Source: Octopus vulgaris (Eukaryota). Taken from it: 64,000 bases of DNA. Below are positions 1-13,180 of the stretch, in pieces. Position 1 is the stretch's first letter; every line of letters begins with the position of its first letter. The DNA lies in the NCBI GenBank assembly GCA_951406725.2, contig OX597829.1, positions 46,996,001-47,060,000 on the forward strand, read 5' to 3'. Below the pieces are notes generated by a model that was not told the DNA's origin, made no database searches, and saw nothing but the letters and a program-made list of their open reading frames with translations. The position numbers were made by a program, and so were the translations under genes.

Positions 1-79
1 AAACTCTATAAAATGTATCAGAATTTGTCCGTCTCTATTATAAGTTAGCTGCTGGTAATAGATCCTTCGATAGTTGGCC

Positions 80-1405
<1,326 letters not shown>

Positions 1406-1742
1406 TTCTTTACGTGAAAAGAAAGCGAGGCAGGGTTGCCCTGGCCGGTTTCCAAACTCATTTCATTTTCATCAAACATAAGAAAGCAATATTGCTAATA
1501 GCTACCAACAGTCACCAATTTGCATAATTTGCGCTTTCTTGGTGAGTTATTTAAATTAATCATCTGACAATTTAATTACTTATTCATTTAACAGCGTTTT
1601 ACTTTGGAGTATATTTTTACTGCAAGGCAAAAGTAAAATCTTCTTAGAAACACAATTAAGCGGCGCCATGTTTTAGCATATGCTAAATAATATGAATTTT
1701 TCTATCACTATATATACATGTATGTATATATATGTGTGTGTG

Positions 1743-2205
<463 letters not shown>

Positions 2206-2417
2206 TTTCATTTCCTTGTTTCAGTCATTTGCCTGCGGCCATGCTGGAGTATCGCATTTAGTCGAGCAAATCGACGACAGGACTTATTCTTTGTAAGCCT
2301 AGTACTTATTCTATCGGTACTGCTTGCAGAACTGATAAGTTACGGAGACGTAAACACACCAACATTAGTTGTTAAGCGATGGCATTGGGTGGGGGACAAG
2401 CACAGACACACACACAA

Positions 2418-2460
<43 letters not shown>

Positions 2461-2464
<4 letters not shown>

Positions 2465-2670
2465 TAATCCAAACAAGAAAGCACAAAAAAAAACACAACA
2501 ACGTGAGGACGTGGAACAAGTATAGTATTATTGGACGCTCAGGAAAGAAGGAAAGCAGGAAGGTTTAAGGTTTCGAGCGGAGCTCTTCGTCGGAAACATA
2601 GGAGAAGGAAAGATCCAAAGAAGGGAAGACAGAGGGAAAAAAATCGCCAACGGTACACACGCGGTCACAT
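2461..2670 (-). mobile_element. Penelope-like pLTR fragment with hammerhead motif (2563-2597)
   Basis: Reverse-complement homolog of 9745-9948; GTTT CCGACGA AGAGCTCCGCTC GAAAC CTT AAAC; sits in a (TA)n tract. Confidence 0.65.
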
Positions 2671-3202
2671 TATATATACATATATACGACGGGCTTCAAG
2701 AACTCAACGCACCACTCGGTCTAGGAATGGTAATCATGAAGGCTAGATCGTGAGTGCAACACTCTAACCACTAAGCCATGCAGTGTCACGCACAAGTGTG
2801 TGTGTGTGTGCGTTACCAATATTTGTCTCGATGGCCTCTCGAATGACATTCTGCCTTTGACGAATAGATTCGAAATTGGATCAAGTATTTTCTATATTTA
2901 ACTGACATTTGAAAGACAGACCGAAAGATATTTAATTATATTCGTTGCAGCACAGCGACCGTCAGCGGTTTTACCTTCTTTCATATTAGCATATATCATA
3001 CATAAAACTGGTTCTCGGTCGGTTATAATTTCACGTGTTCCACTTGATCCGAACACCGGAACACCATGCTTGTGAAATTAATGTGCAAGTGGTGGAGCGC
3101 AGCACAGACACACATACTTTAAACAAGCGTAGTTCTCATGGAGATTCAGCATGACACAGAATTTCACAAGGGTGGGCCGTTGAAATACAAGTATACTTAC
3201 GA

Positions 3203-3585
3203 ACACATGGTTCCGGGTTCAGTCCCAATGTGTGGCACCTTGGGCAAGGATCTTCAAATGTAGCCTCGGGCCGACCAAAGCCTTGTGAGTTGATTTGGTA
3301 TACGGAAACTGAAAGAAGCCTGTCATGTGTATATATATGTATGTGTGTGTATGTGTTCGTGTGTGTGTGTGTGTGTGTGTCTATCTGTGTTTGTCACCAC
3401 CCCCCCACACATCGCTTGACAACCGATGCTGGTGTGTTTACATCCCCATAACTTAGCGGTTCGGCAAAAGAGACCGATAGAATAAGTACTTGGCTCACAA
3501 AGAATAAGTCCTGGAGCCGATTTGCCCGACTAAAGACAGTGCTCCAGCATGGCCACTGTCAAATGACTGAAACAAGTAAAAGAGT
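3203..3585 (+). mobile_element. SINE group B, 5'-truncated
   Basis: Homology to 9011-9401. Confidence 0.85.
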
Positions 3586-3606
3586 ATATATATATATATA
3601 TATATA

Positions 3607-3670
<64 letters not shown>

Positions 3671-3673
<3 letters not shown>

Positions 3674-3877
3674 TAATTTCTCGGTTATTGCGGGTATTAC
3701 ACTCCGAAACCTCCCGCAATAAGTCGAAATTCGCGAAGTAGAAACAGTACTGCACTGTATAAATCCTTTTATTATTTTAATAATTTGTATCTATTTTATT
3801 AAACACTGCAGAGGAATTGACGTAAGCTTAAATAATAAACCGCGATAGGTGAACCGCGATATTGCAGGGGATGACTG
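3671..3877. mobile_element. pogo/Tigger-like MITE
   Basis: TA|CAGT..ACTG|TA with imperfect ~25-bp TIRs and subterminal CCGCGATA repeats. Confidence 0.7.
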
Positions 3878-4112
3878 TACTCATTATTGCTATCTGCGTG
3901 GACTGGAGCAACGTGAAATGAAGTGTGTTGTTCAAGAACATAACGCGCCGCCGAGAATCGAACTCACGACCCTACGATCGTAGGCCAAATACTCTTAATG
4001 AATTAGGCACTTATTCATTAAGTATGAATGTGTATGAATATTACCATATTTGTTACCTTACAAGACGCATGAACATATAAGACGTAATTCAGTTTCAGTA
4101 ATTCCTAATCAG

Positions 4113-4376
4113 TGGAGGCGCGTGGCTTAGTGGTTAGGGAGTCATCATCATGATCGTAAGATTGTGGTTTCGATTCCTGGACCGTGCGACGCGTTGTCTT
4201 CTTGAGCAAAGCACTTCATTTCACGTTGCTCCAGTCCACTCAACTGGCAAAAATGAGTAACGCTGCGATGGACTGGCGTCCCGTCCAGCTGGGGAACACA
4301 TACTCTATTGAAACCGGGAAACCGGGCCCATGAGCCTGGCTAGGCTTTAAAAGGGCGCATTTATTATTTATTATTT
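4113..4376 (+). mobile_element. SINE group A (body 2, tail 2)
   Basis: A/B boxes; TSD AATTCCTA(A/C)TCAG. Confidence 0.85.
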
Positions 4377-4629
4377 AATTCCTACTCAGGAGAAGTAGCT
4401 TAGTACATTGAAGCATAAAATAAAAGCCTAAATTTGCACATAGGACCTGGGTGGGGTTTATCAATGATTCCGTTTTATGAAGACAAAAGCGCGTCCTGTA
4501 GGGACATCAAATAAATCATATATAATTTATAAACGAGTGTATATTAGTATTACATAATTTACATGGTTTTATTTATATTTGCTTGTTTATCTACGGTTGG
4601 GGTTCTGTATTGTTTTTGTGCGTGATCAT

Positions 4630-5420
4630 GGCGACGAGCTGGCTGAATCGTTAGCACGCCGGACGAAATGCTTAGCGGTATTTCGTCTGCCGTTACGTTC
4701 TGAGTTCAAATTCCGCCGAGGTAGACTTTGCCTTTCATCCTTTCGGGGTCGATAAATTAAGTACCAGTTACGCACTGGAGTCGATGTAATCGACTCAATC
4801 CGTTTGTCTTTCCTTGTTTGTCCCCTCTGTGTTTAGCCCCTTGTGGGTAGTAAAGTCTGCCGCTACGTTCTGAGTTCAAATTCCGCCGAGGTCGACTTTA
4901 CCTTTCATCCTTTCGCGGTCAATTAAATAAGTACAAGTTACGCACTGGAGTCGATATAATCGACTTAATCCGCTAGTCTGTCCTTGTTTGTCGCCTCTAT
5001 GTTTAGCCCCTTGTGGGCAATAAAGAAATAGGTATTTCGTCTGCCGCTACGTTCTGAGTTCAAATTCCGCCGAGGTCGACTTTGCCTTTCATCCTTTTGG
5101 GGCCGATCAAATAAGTACCAGTTACGCACTGGGGTCGATATAATCGACTTAATCCGTTTGTCTGTCCTTGTTTGTCCCTTCTGTGTGTAGCCCCTTGTGG
5201 GCAGTAAAGAAATAAGAATGTTTAGCTCGCCAGATAAGATACTTAGCGGCATTTCGACTGTCGCTATGCTCTGAGCTCAAATTCCGTTGAGATCGACTTT
5301 GTCTTTCATCCTTTCGGGGACGATTAAATAAGTACCAGTTGAGTACTGGGGTCGATGTAATTGACTTAATCCCCACCCCCCGCTAATTTCAGGCTTTGTG
5401 CCTGTAATAGAAAGGATTAT
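4630..5420 (+). mobile_element. SINE group C, head-to-tail array of 4 units
   Basis: Head GGCG(A/G)CGAGCTGGC..; B box GAGTTCAAATTCC recurs every ~175-200 bp. Confidence 0.88.
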
Positions 5421-5636
5421 TCTTGTGCGTAATAGATAATGTGACATCCGATCAAAGAGTTACTGTCGTACGCATTTTGCGTCTATTTAAGTTGAAATAC
5501 AACCAGGCATTCACACAGACACGTATATGTTAATAAGTGCACGAGCACCCGAACGCAGATTTACTGAGAATAAACATATGTACATATCGCTATCTCTTTC
5601 TCTTTATCTGTCTATCTATCTATCTCCCTCTCTCCC

Positions 5637-5683
<47 letters not shown>

Positions 5684-5971
5684 ATATGTTTGATTTGATT
5701 TTGATTTTGATTTTTCCAGTTTCAGCTAATGAGCTGTGGCCATGCTGGGGCACCGCCATTTTATTCATTTATTCTTTTATTCTTTTACTACTTTCAGTCA
5801 TTTGACTGTGGCCATGCTGGAGCATCGCCTTCAAGGGATTTTTTTAAAATTCGCTCTCTTTTGTTGAAGCACTAAGTTACGGGGATGTAAACACACCATC
5901 ACCGGTTGATGAATAAGCGTTGATGGAGGGAAAAGCAGACACAAACTCATACGCACACACATATATATATT

Positions 5972-6020
<49 letters not shown>

Positions 6021-6202
6021 CATTATATATATATGGAGAGAGATAGACAGACACGGATAAATAAATAAATATATAAATTAATAAAATATATTTCATTTTT
6101 GGATTTGGTTTGCAAGATTCTTTATATGAGTTCGTGTGTTGAAGCATATTCTGGTGTGTCTGGGGAGAGTCATTCTCTTTTAGTGCCTTGTTATTATATA
6201 TA

Positions 6203-6567
<365 letters not shown>

Positions 6568-6817
6568 GGCGTGTAAAATTCTTATGTTACGTACAATCAA
6601 GCGTAATTCGGATGCAGAGTTTACGTGACTCACACCCAACCATTTACACAGTCAGTAGCTCAGTTAACCTATTTAGAATAATAACTGCACGTTCGTTGGC
6701 GGAACCGAGACAGATTAGCATCACCTTATATATGCATATATGTGTGTGTGTTTTTGTGTATATATGAATACATGTATGTGCATATGTAAATACACACGCA
6801 TATACATATATCCATAC

Positions 6818-6872
<55 letters not shown>

Positions 6873-7533
6873 GAGATGGATGAGCGTATATGTGTGTATA
6901 CTTTAAGATTATACGTATATTTGTGAGTATGTGTAAGTGTCTATATGATTGCGTGTACTTGTATATATGTATAAGGTTATACGTGCATATATGTATCTAA
7001 GACGTTGTATCCATTCACCGTTAGACGATGGTTAGAGGGACAAACGCACACACACACACATATATATATATATGTGTGTGTGTGTGTCTATATACAACCT
7101 TCAACAAGGTAACAGTCATGTATACAACTTGAACTGACACATATCTGTACATAAACATAGGTTCACATGTACACACACACAGACACGTCTACACACTCCC
7201 CTAAATACTCATATACATACGTAAGTACTTACGTACAAACATACATGTGTATAGGCATGCACACATGCATCCGCACATACATGTACACACATACATACGC
7301 ACATACATACATACATACATACATACATGCATACATACATACATACATAGGTACATATATATCATGAACTAACAGTTACTTTCTCAGATGCAACTCGAAG
7401 TTTTGTCAGTGAACAGGTCGCGGTCTGAAAGCGACGAAAACATTTTGACAAATTAAATTTTAATGTTGAAGTGAATCGAACGGTTTTTATGTGTTTCTTA
7501 AATGGCTTATAAACACCTTCCATGCAGCAATTG

Positions 7534-7591
<58 letters not shown>

Positions 7592-7629
7592 CGAAGGGGA
7601 GACAAACACCCCCAACTGCCGGAACTGCA

Positions 7630-7675
7630 TCTAGGGACACCGTGTTTCAGGATCATTGTCCTTCATCGGCCTAGA
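7630..7675 (-). ncRNA. Type I hammerhead ribozyme motif, inverted arm
   Basis: Reverse complement TCTAGG CCGATGA AGGA caatga TCCT GAAAC ACGGT GTC CCTAGA; best-paired copy (stem III ACAC-G-GTGT). Confidence 0.75.
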
Positions 7676-7772
7676 GTAGCAGACACCGGTCAGCTGGCGA
7701 TGTCTGTCTCGACTTCGTATCTGTATATATCTATAGTCAGTGAAGTCTATTCACTGATTATCAAAATAAGAA

Positions 7773-7837
7773 ATTGATTGATTGATTGATTGATTCCAGT
7801 TTCAGCTTATGAGCTGTGGCCATGCTGGGGCACCGCC
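7773..7837 (-). mobile_element. 5'-truncated retroposon 3' tail with (ATCA)n inserted into the 363-bp unit
   Basis: Interrupts the unit sequence AAGAAATATTGAGTTTC. Reverse complement GGCGGTGCCCCAGCATGGCCACAGCTC..GAAACTGG(AATC)n resembles the SINE-B tail and 5690-5760. Confidence 0.7.
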
Positions 7838-8055
7838 ATTGAGTTTCTAAATCTCTCGTAGAGAGGTGTACGGTGGTGGAGCGATATAATGGTTGTATAC
7901 TGTCAATCTAACAAGAACGTGACAGTAGGGGGTACACCACCGTTATATAGCCCTAGGAGGCATCGAACGCCTCCTGACAGCTCGACACATTTTATCCTGT
8001 GTCCTTATATATACATACGAAGGGGAGACAAACACCCCCAACTGCCGGAACTGCA

Positions 8056-8101
8056 TCTAGGGACACCGTATTTCAGGATCATTGTCCTTCATCGGCCTAG
8101 A
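8056..8101 (-). ncRNA. Type I hammerhead ribozyme motif, inverted arm (GAAAT variant)
   Basis: Same motif on - strand with GAAAC changed to GAAAT. Confidence 0.65.
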
Positions 8102-8213
8102 GTAGCAGACACCGGTCAGCTGGCGATGTCTGTCTCGACTTCGTTTCACTGACTATAGATATATACAGATACGAAGTCGAGACAGACATCGCCAGCTGAC
8201 CGGTGTCTGCTAC

Positions 8214-8259
8214 TCTAGGCCGATGAAGGACAATGATCTTGAAACTCGGTGTCCCTAGA
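8214..8259 (+). ncRNA. Type I hammerhead ribozyme motif (U4C core variant)
   Basis: TCTAGG-CCGATGA-AGGA caatga TCTT-GAAAC tcggt GTC-CCTAGA: stem I, core, stem II, GAAA, short stem III, GUC site at 8251-8253. Confidence 0.75.
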
Positions 8260-8576
8260 TGCAGTTCCGGCAGTTGGGGGTGTTTGTCTCCTCTTCGTAT
8301 GTGTATATAAGGACACAGGATAAAATGTGTCGAGCTGTCAGGAGGCGTTCGATGCCTCCTAGGGCTATATAACGGTGGTGTACCCCCTACTGTCACGTTC
8401 TTGTTAGATTGACAGTATACAACCATTATATCGCTCCACCACCGTACACCTCTCTACGAGAGATTTAGAAACTCAATATTTCTTATTTTGATAATCAGTG
8501 AATAGACTTCACTGACTATAGATATATACAGATACGAAGTCGAGACAGACATCGCCAGCTGACCGGTGTCTGCTAC

Positions 8577-8622
8577 TCTAGGCCGATGAAGGACAATGAT
8601 CTTGAAACTCGGTGTCCCTAGA
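8577..8622 (+). ncRNA. Type I hammerhead ribozyme motif, second tandem copy
   Basis: Same motif as 8214-8259, 363 bp downstream. Confidence 0.75.
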
Positions 8623-8939
8623 TGCAGTTCCGGCAGTTGGGGGTGTTTGTCTCCTCTTCGTATGTGTATATAAGGACACAGGATAAAATGTGTCGAGCTG
8701 TCAGGAGGCGTTCGATGCCTCCTAGGGCTATATAACGGTGGTGTACCCCCTACTGTCACGTTCTTGTTAGATTGACAGTATACAACCATTATATCGCTCC
8801 ACCACCGTACACCTCTCTACGAGAGATTTAGAAACTCAATATTTCTTATTTTGATAATCAGTGAATAGACTTCACTGACTATAGATATATACAGATACGA
8901 AGTCGAGACAGACATCGCCAGCTGACCGGTGTCTGCTAC

Positions 8940-8985
8940 TCTAGGCCGATGAAGGACAATGATCCTGAAACACGATGTCCCTAGA
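8940..8985 (+). ncRNA. Type I hammerhead ribozyme motif, terminal copy
   Basis: TCTAGG CCGATGA AGGA caatga TCCT GAAAC acgat GTC CCTAGA; the array stops about 2 nt after it. Confidence 0.75.
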
Positions 8986-9010
8986 TGTGTATATATATAT
9001 ATATATATAT

Positions 9011-9401
9011 AGGAGTGGCTGTGCGGTAAGTAGCTTGTTTACCAACCACATGGTTTCGGGTTCAATCCCACTGCGTGGCACCTTGGGCAAGTGTCTACTA
9101 TAGCCTCGGGCCGACCAAAGCCTTGTGAGTGGATTTTGTAGAGGGAAACTGAAAGAAGCCCGTCGTATATATGTATATATATATATATGCGTGTGTGTGT
9201 TTGTGTGTCTGTGTCTGTCCCCCTAGCATTGCTTGACAACCGATGCTGGTGTGTTTATGTCCCCGTTACTTAGCGGTTCGGCAAAAGAGACCGATAGAAT
9301 AAGTACTGGGCTTACAAAGAATAAGTCCCGGGGTCGAGTTCCTCGATTAAAGGCGGTGCTCCAGCATGGCCGCAGTCAAATGACTGAAACAACTAAAAGA
9401 G
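9011..9401 (+). mobile_element. SINE group B (internal TA/TG microsatellite, GAGTAAAA tail)
   Basis: Head GTGGCTGTG(T/C)GGTAAG..GGGTTCAATCCC; CCTTGGGCAAGTG; tail GGCGGTGCTCCAGCATGGCCGCAGTCAAATGACTG. Confidence 0.9.
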
Positions 9402-9744
9402 AAAATATATATATATATATATATATATAAATGGAACAAAAACGCAATAGAGAGCATTAAAACGTTCGGGACAGATAGGCGATACAAAGGCGGACAAAAG
9501 ACACAACAACTGGAAGGACAGGCAAAAAAAAAAAGACGGGTCATTCTTTGCTTTCTTTCATCAGTCAAGTCCCAGAAGTTACGAATAATTCGGGCAGTTA
9601 CACTTAAACGGAACAAGAACGTAACGGACGATAATAAAGACATGTGGACAGGAGGACGATACAAGTACGTACAGGAAAGCCAGGACGGAACATTCGTGAC
9701 TTTCTGTTCATCAGTCAAGATTCCAATTATCTCTACAGTTTCGG

Positions 9745-9948
9745 ACTGCGTGTGTACCGTTGGCGATTTTTTTTCCTCCGTCTTCCCTTCTCTAGATCTT
9801 TTCTTTTCCTATGTTTCTGACGAAGAGCTCCGCTCGAAACGTAAAACCCTCCTTCTTCCCTTCCTTCCTGAGCGTCCAATAATACTATATTTGTTCCACG
9901 TCCTCGCGTTGTTGTGTTTTCTCTTTGTGTTTTCATGTTTGGATTAAC
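9745..9948 (+). mobile_element. Penelope-like pLTR fragment with minimal hammerhead (9813-9847)
   Basis: GTTT CTGACGA A GAGC tcc GCTC GAAAC GTA AAAC; homologous to 2461-2670 and 22316-22500; ends in (TA)n. Confidence 0.7.
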
Positions 9949-11078
9949 TATATATATATTTATTTATTTATTCGAGGTGTTTATTATTTATTTTCCAAGT
10001 AAACACATGCGCTGTGTATTTTCTTTCTTCACAAATTTATTACTGTTCATATTTTGCTATTTTAACTCATGTCCATTGTCTGGAAATCTTTCGTCACACA
10101 TCTGTGACCTCTTCAGTGACACTTTTCGTCTTTGTGTGTGCTCTTGCTACACTTACTCCATTCTGTTCTTCTAAGATGTGTATCCTTATATGCGCATGCG
10201 TTCGTATCCATATTTGTGTGTGTGTGTGTCTGTGTTTGTGTGTGTGTGTGTGAGTGTGCATGTGTATGTATGAATGTATGTATGTATGCTTCTATGTGTG
10301 TCATATATTTTAACAGTAATGGGGCCTTCCCCGCAGCCCCAACCTCTCCGCCCCACCCCCACCCCTCATTGTACTGCTGCTGTCCTAAGACCCGATAAAT
10401 AATGGTACAGTTCCTGTGTCCCACGGTGTTGTCATCGTGGTAGATGTTGTTGCTATTGCCATCGTTATCACCGGCGCTGCTGCTGTCACTATAACACACA
10501 CACACACACACACATATAGACACACACACAAACATATACACACACACACACACACACACATATATACATATATATATATATACATATATATACACACACA
10601 CATACATGTTCGTTCGTATAGCCTCGTTGCCTAACATAAACCAAAACCAAGGTGTATCATTATCTAAGCTAAAATTGTTATTGCGAATACCATACTTACT
10701 TAGGTGTAAATACCTTTCTGCAAAACTCTCCGCTCTTTCCTGATGTAAAAGTCAGATAAATATCCTTATATGGTATAATATCATTTTTTTTTTTTTTTTT
10801 TTTGTTTTATCCAATGGAACAAGAGTATAAAAGTTTAAAGTGTAAAGTTTACCGCGAGGCTCTTAAGTGTTGAACAAATTAAGAACACGAACGGTATGTA
10901 TAATATATTATTGTAGTATATATATTATTGTAGTCTAGATTTGTCTAAGCGTGTTGAGCCCTTTGGTAAAATTTCACACTGAAGTGCATTTCCCTTGAAT
11001 TGGATGAGTATCTCTTAGTATATGTGTTTATGCGTATATGTGTGTGTAAATGGAGATAAATATAAATATATATATCCG

Positions 11079-11129
<51 letters not shown>

Positions 11130-11379
11130 ATACATGTGTGTGTTAGTATGTAATGCGTAAGAATATGTCAAAAAAGCATATACTTATGTGTGTGTGTATC
11201 TGTGTGTGTGTGTATTTGTGTGTGTATTTGTGTGTGTATTTGTGTGTGTGTGTGTGTGTGTGTGTGTTTGTGCATATCAGCATACAGCACACATATATCT
11301 GTGTTTCTGCGTATATTGGCGGGAGAAAGAGGGAAGGAGAGAATGGGAGATTGACAGAAATAGACGATAAATAAAAAAG

Positions 11380-11840
<461 letters not shown>

Positions 11841-12399
11841 ACTGAATATATTTATATGTTTGTATGTGCTTCCGCTATTACGAGGTTTGAAAACAATGAC
11901 GTTCCATTTCTTATGCGTGATGCCAAGAAATCACCGTTACATTCATTTCCAACCAAAGCACGGTGCCAAGAAAATTATCAATGACCTCTATAATTTAATG
12001 CCATCTATCTTATCAATGGATAAGTACTCTTTTAATCTTATCTTTCATCTTAATGTTAAAATAAAGATGGCGAGCTTTCGATTGAAAATTATTCTTGCAT
12101 TCAAATGACTGCATAATAGAAATGAGATCACAGCATCGCATTGTGTGTGAAATGGAAGGATGTAAAAATAACGCTGAACTTATGCATACAGAGAGAGTGG
12201 TGATTTTCAGAAACGGGAGAGGTTGGAGAAAATGTCTGTGTGATATTTAGTGAAGTCAATATTAAGAGTTTAAATTAACTAAGACAACTTTAGCATTCAT
12301 CATTCCAAGGTCGATAAAATGATGTACCAGTTAAGAATAAAGTCGATTTATGCGACTATCGACTATACTCCACCATCCTTTAAAATGTGTTGCCTTAGT

Positions 12400-12560
12400 T
12401 TCAAAAGACGATGACAGGTGGTGTAGACAACAAACAGATTTATTAGTTTAACGCTCGGGAAGTGAAAAAGTCTTTAACGTTTCGAGCCTGCACTCTTCCA
12501 CAGAAAGAAACAAGGAGAGAAAATATAGAATGTTTAGTGGCTAGCGATCTATCATGGTGG
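12400..12560 (-). mobile_element. Second pLTR-like family copy, inverted (motif 12472-12507)
   Basis: Reverse complement CTTT CTGTGGA A GAGT gcag GCTC GAAAC GTT AAAG. Confidence 0.5.
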
Positions 12561-12959
12561 ATGCCGGGCAGAAGGGTCACACAGAAGAGCTAGGAAGAAG
12601 GGGAGATAATGAAGTAGTGGTGATCCCAAAACGAAGGTGCGCGTGCGTGTGTATAAGAGCGTATTTATGTGCGTGTGGAAAAGGGCTTGTGACCTTGACG
12701 TGTGCGTGTATGTGTAGATGTGAAGATGGGGGGGGCTGAGAAGTGGTCAGTGTTAGTGTGTGCGTGGTGGTGTGATGTGATGTGATGTACTGTTGTGTGG
12801 TATGGTAGTGTATGGTGTAGTAGTGGGTGGTGTGATGGTGTTGGGAGATGGAGCAGTATATATACGTCTGTAAAAATATACCACGACGTCTATACATTTC
12901 TAACCTTGAACTTTCAACCTTGAATTTGTTCGCATAAACTGTCCCATTCGCTAGCTTCC

Positions 12960-13180
12960 GCACGCATATTTTTTTTCTCTCCTTCTTTCTGTGTTTTTTT
13001 CTCTGTGTATCTTTCTGTTGAAGAGCGTAGGCTCGAAACGTTAAAGACTTGTTTCATATATATTTCCTGAGCGCCATACTAATACAATTGTTTGTTTGTA
13101 TTCCACCTGCCTTCGTCTTGTGTTTATTTCCGTAAACCTGCCTTCGTCTTTTGTCTATTTTCATAAAGCTTCCCGTTATA
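12960..13180 (+). mobile_element. Second pLTR-like family with variant hammerhead (13011-13046)
   Basis: CTTT CTGTTGA A GAGC gtag GCTC GAAAC GTT AAAG; homologs at 12400-12560 (-), 45800-45952, 57490-57600 (-), 60340-60513. Confidence 0.55.

Larger units (their letters stand above)
7590..8987. mobile_element. Tandem/inverted array of a 363-bp hammerhead-containing unit (retrozyme-like or Penelope pLTR array)
   Basis: TTCACTGACT recurs at 8145, 8508 and 8871 (period 363). 8145-8987 is ~2.3 units on +; 7590-8144 is ~1.3 units inverted. Five hammerhead motifs. Flanked by (TA)n on both sides. Confidence 0.85.

Noticed and set aside
7590-8987. CRISPR array or plain satellite interpretation
   Set aside because: No unique spacers; units are long, structured and ribozyme-bearing
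9430-9745. CTGATGA/CTGAGGA motifs on the - strand here and at 42790-42985 as hammerheads
   Set aside because: These are related repeats, but I could not build consistent stems or a GAAA-stem III around the motif
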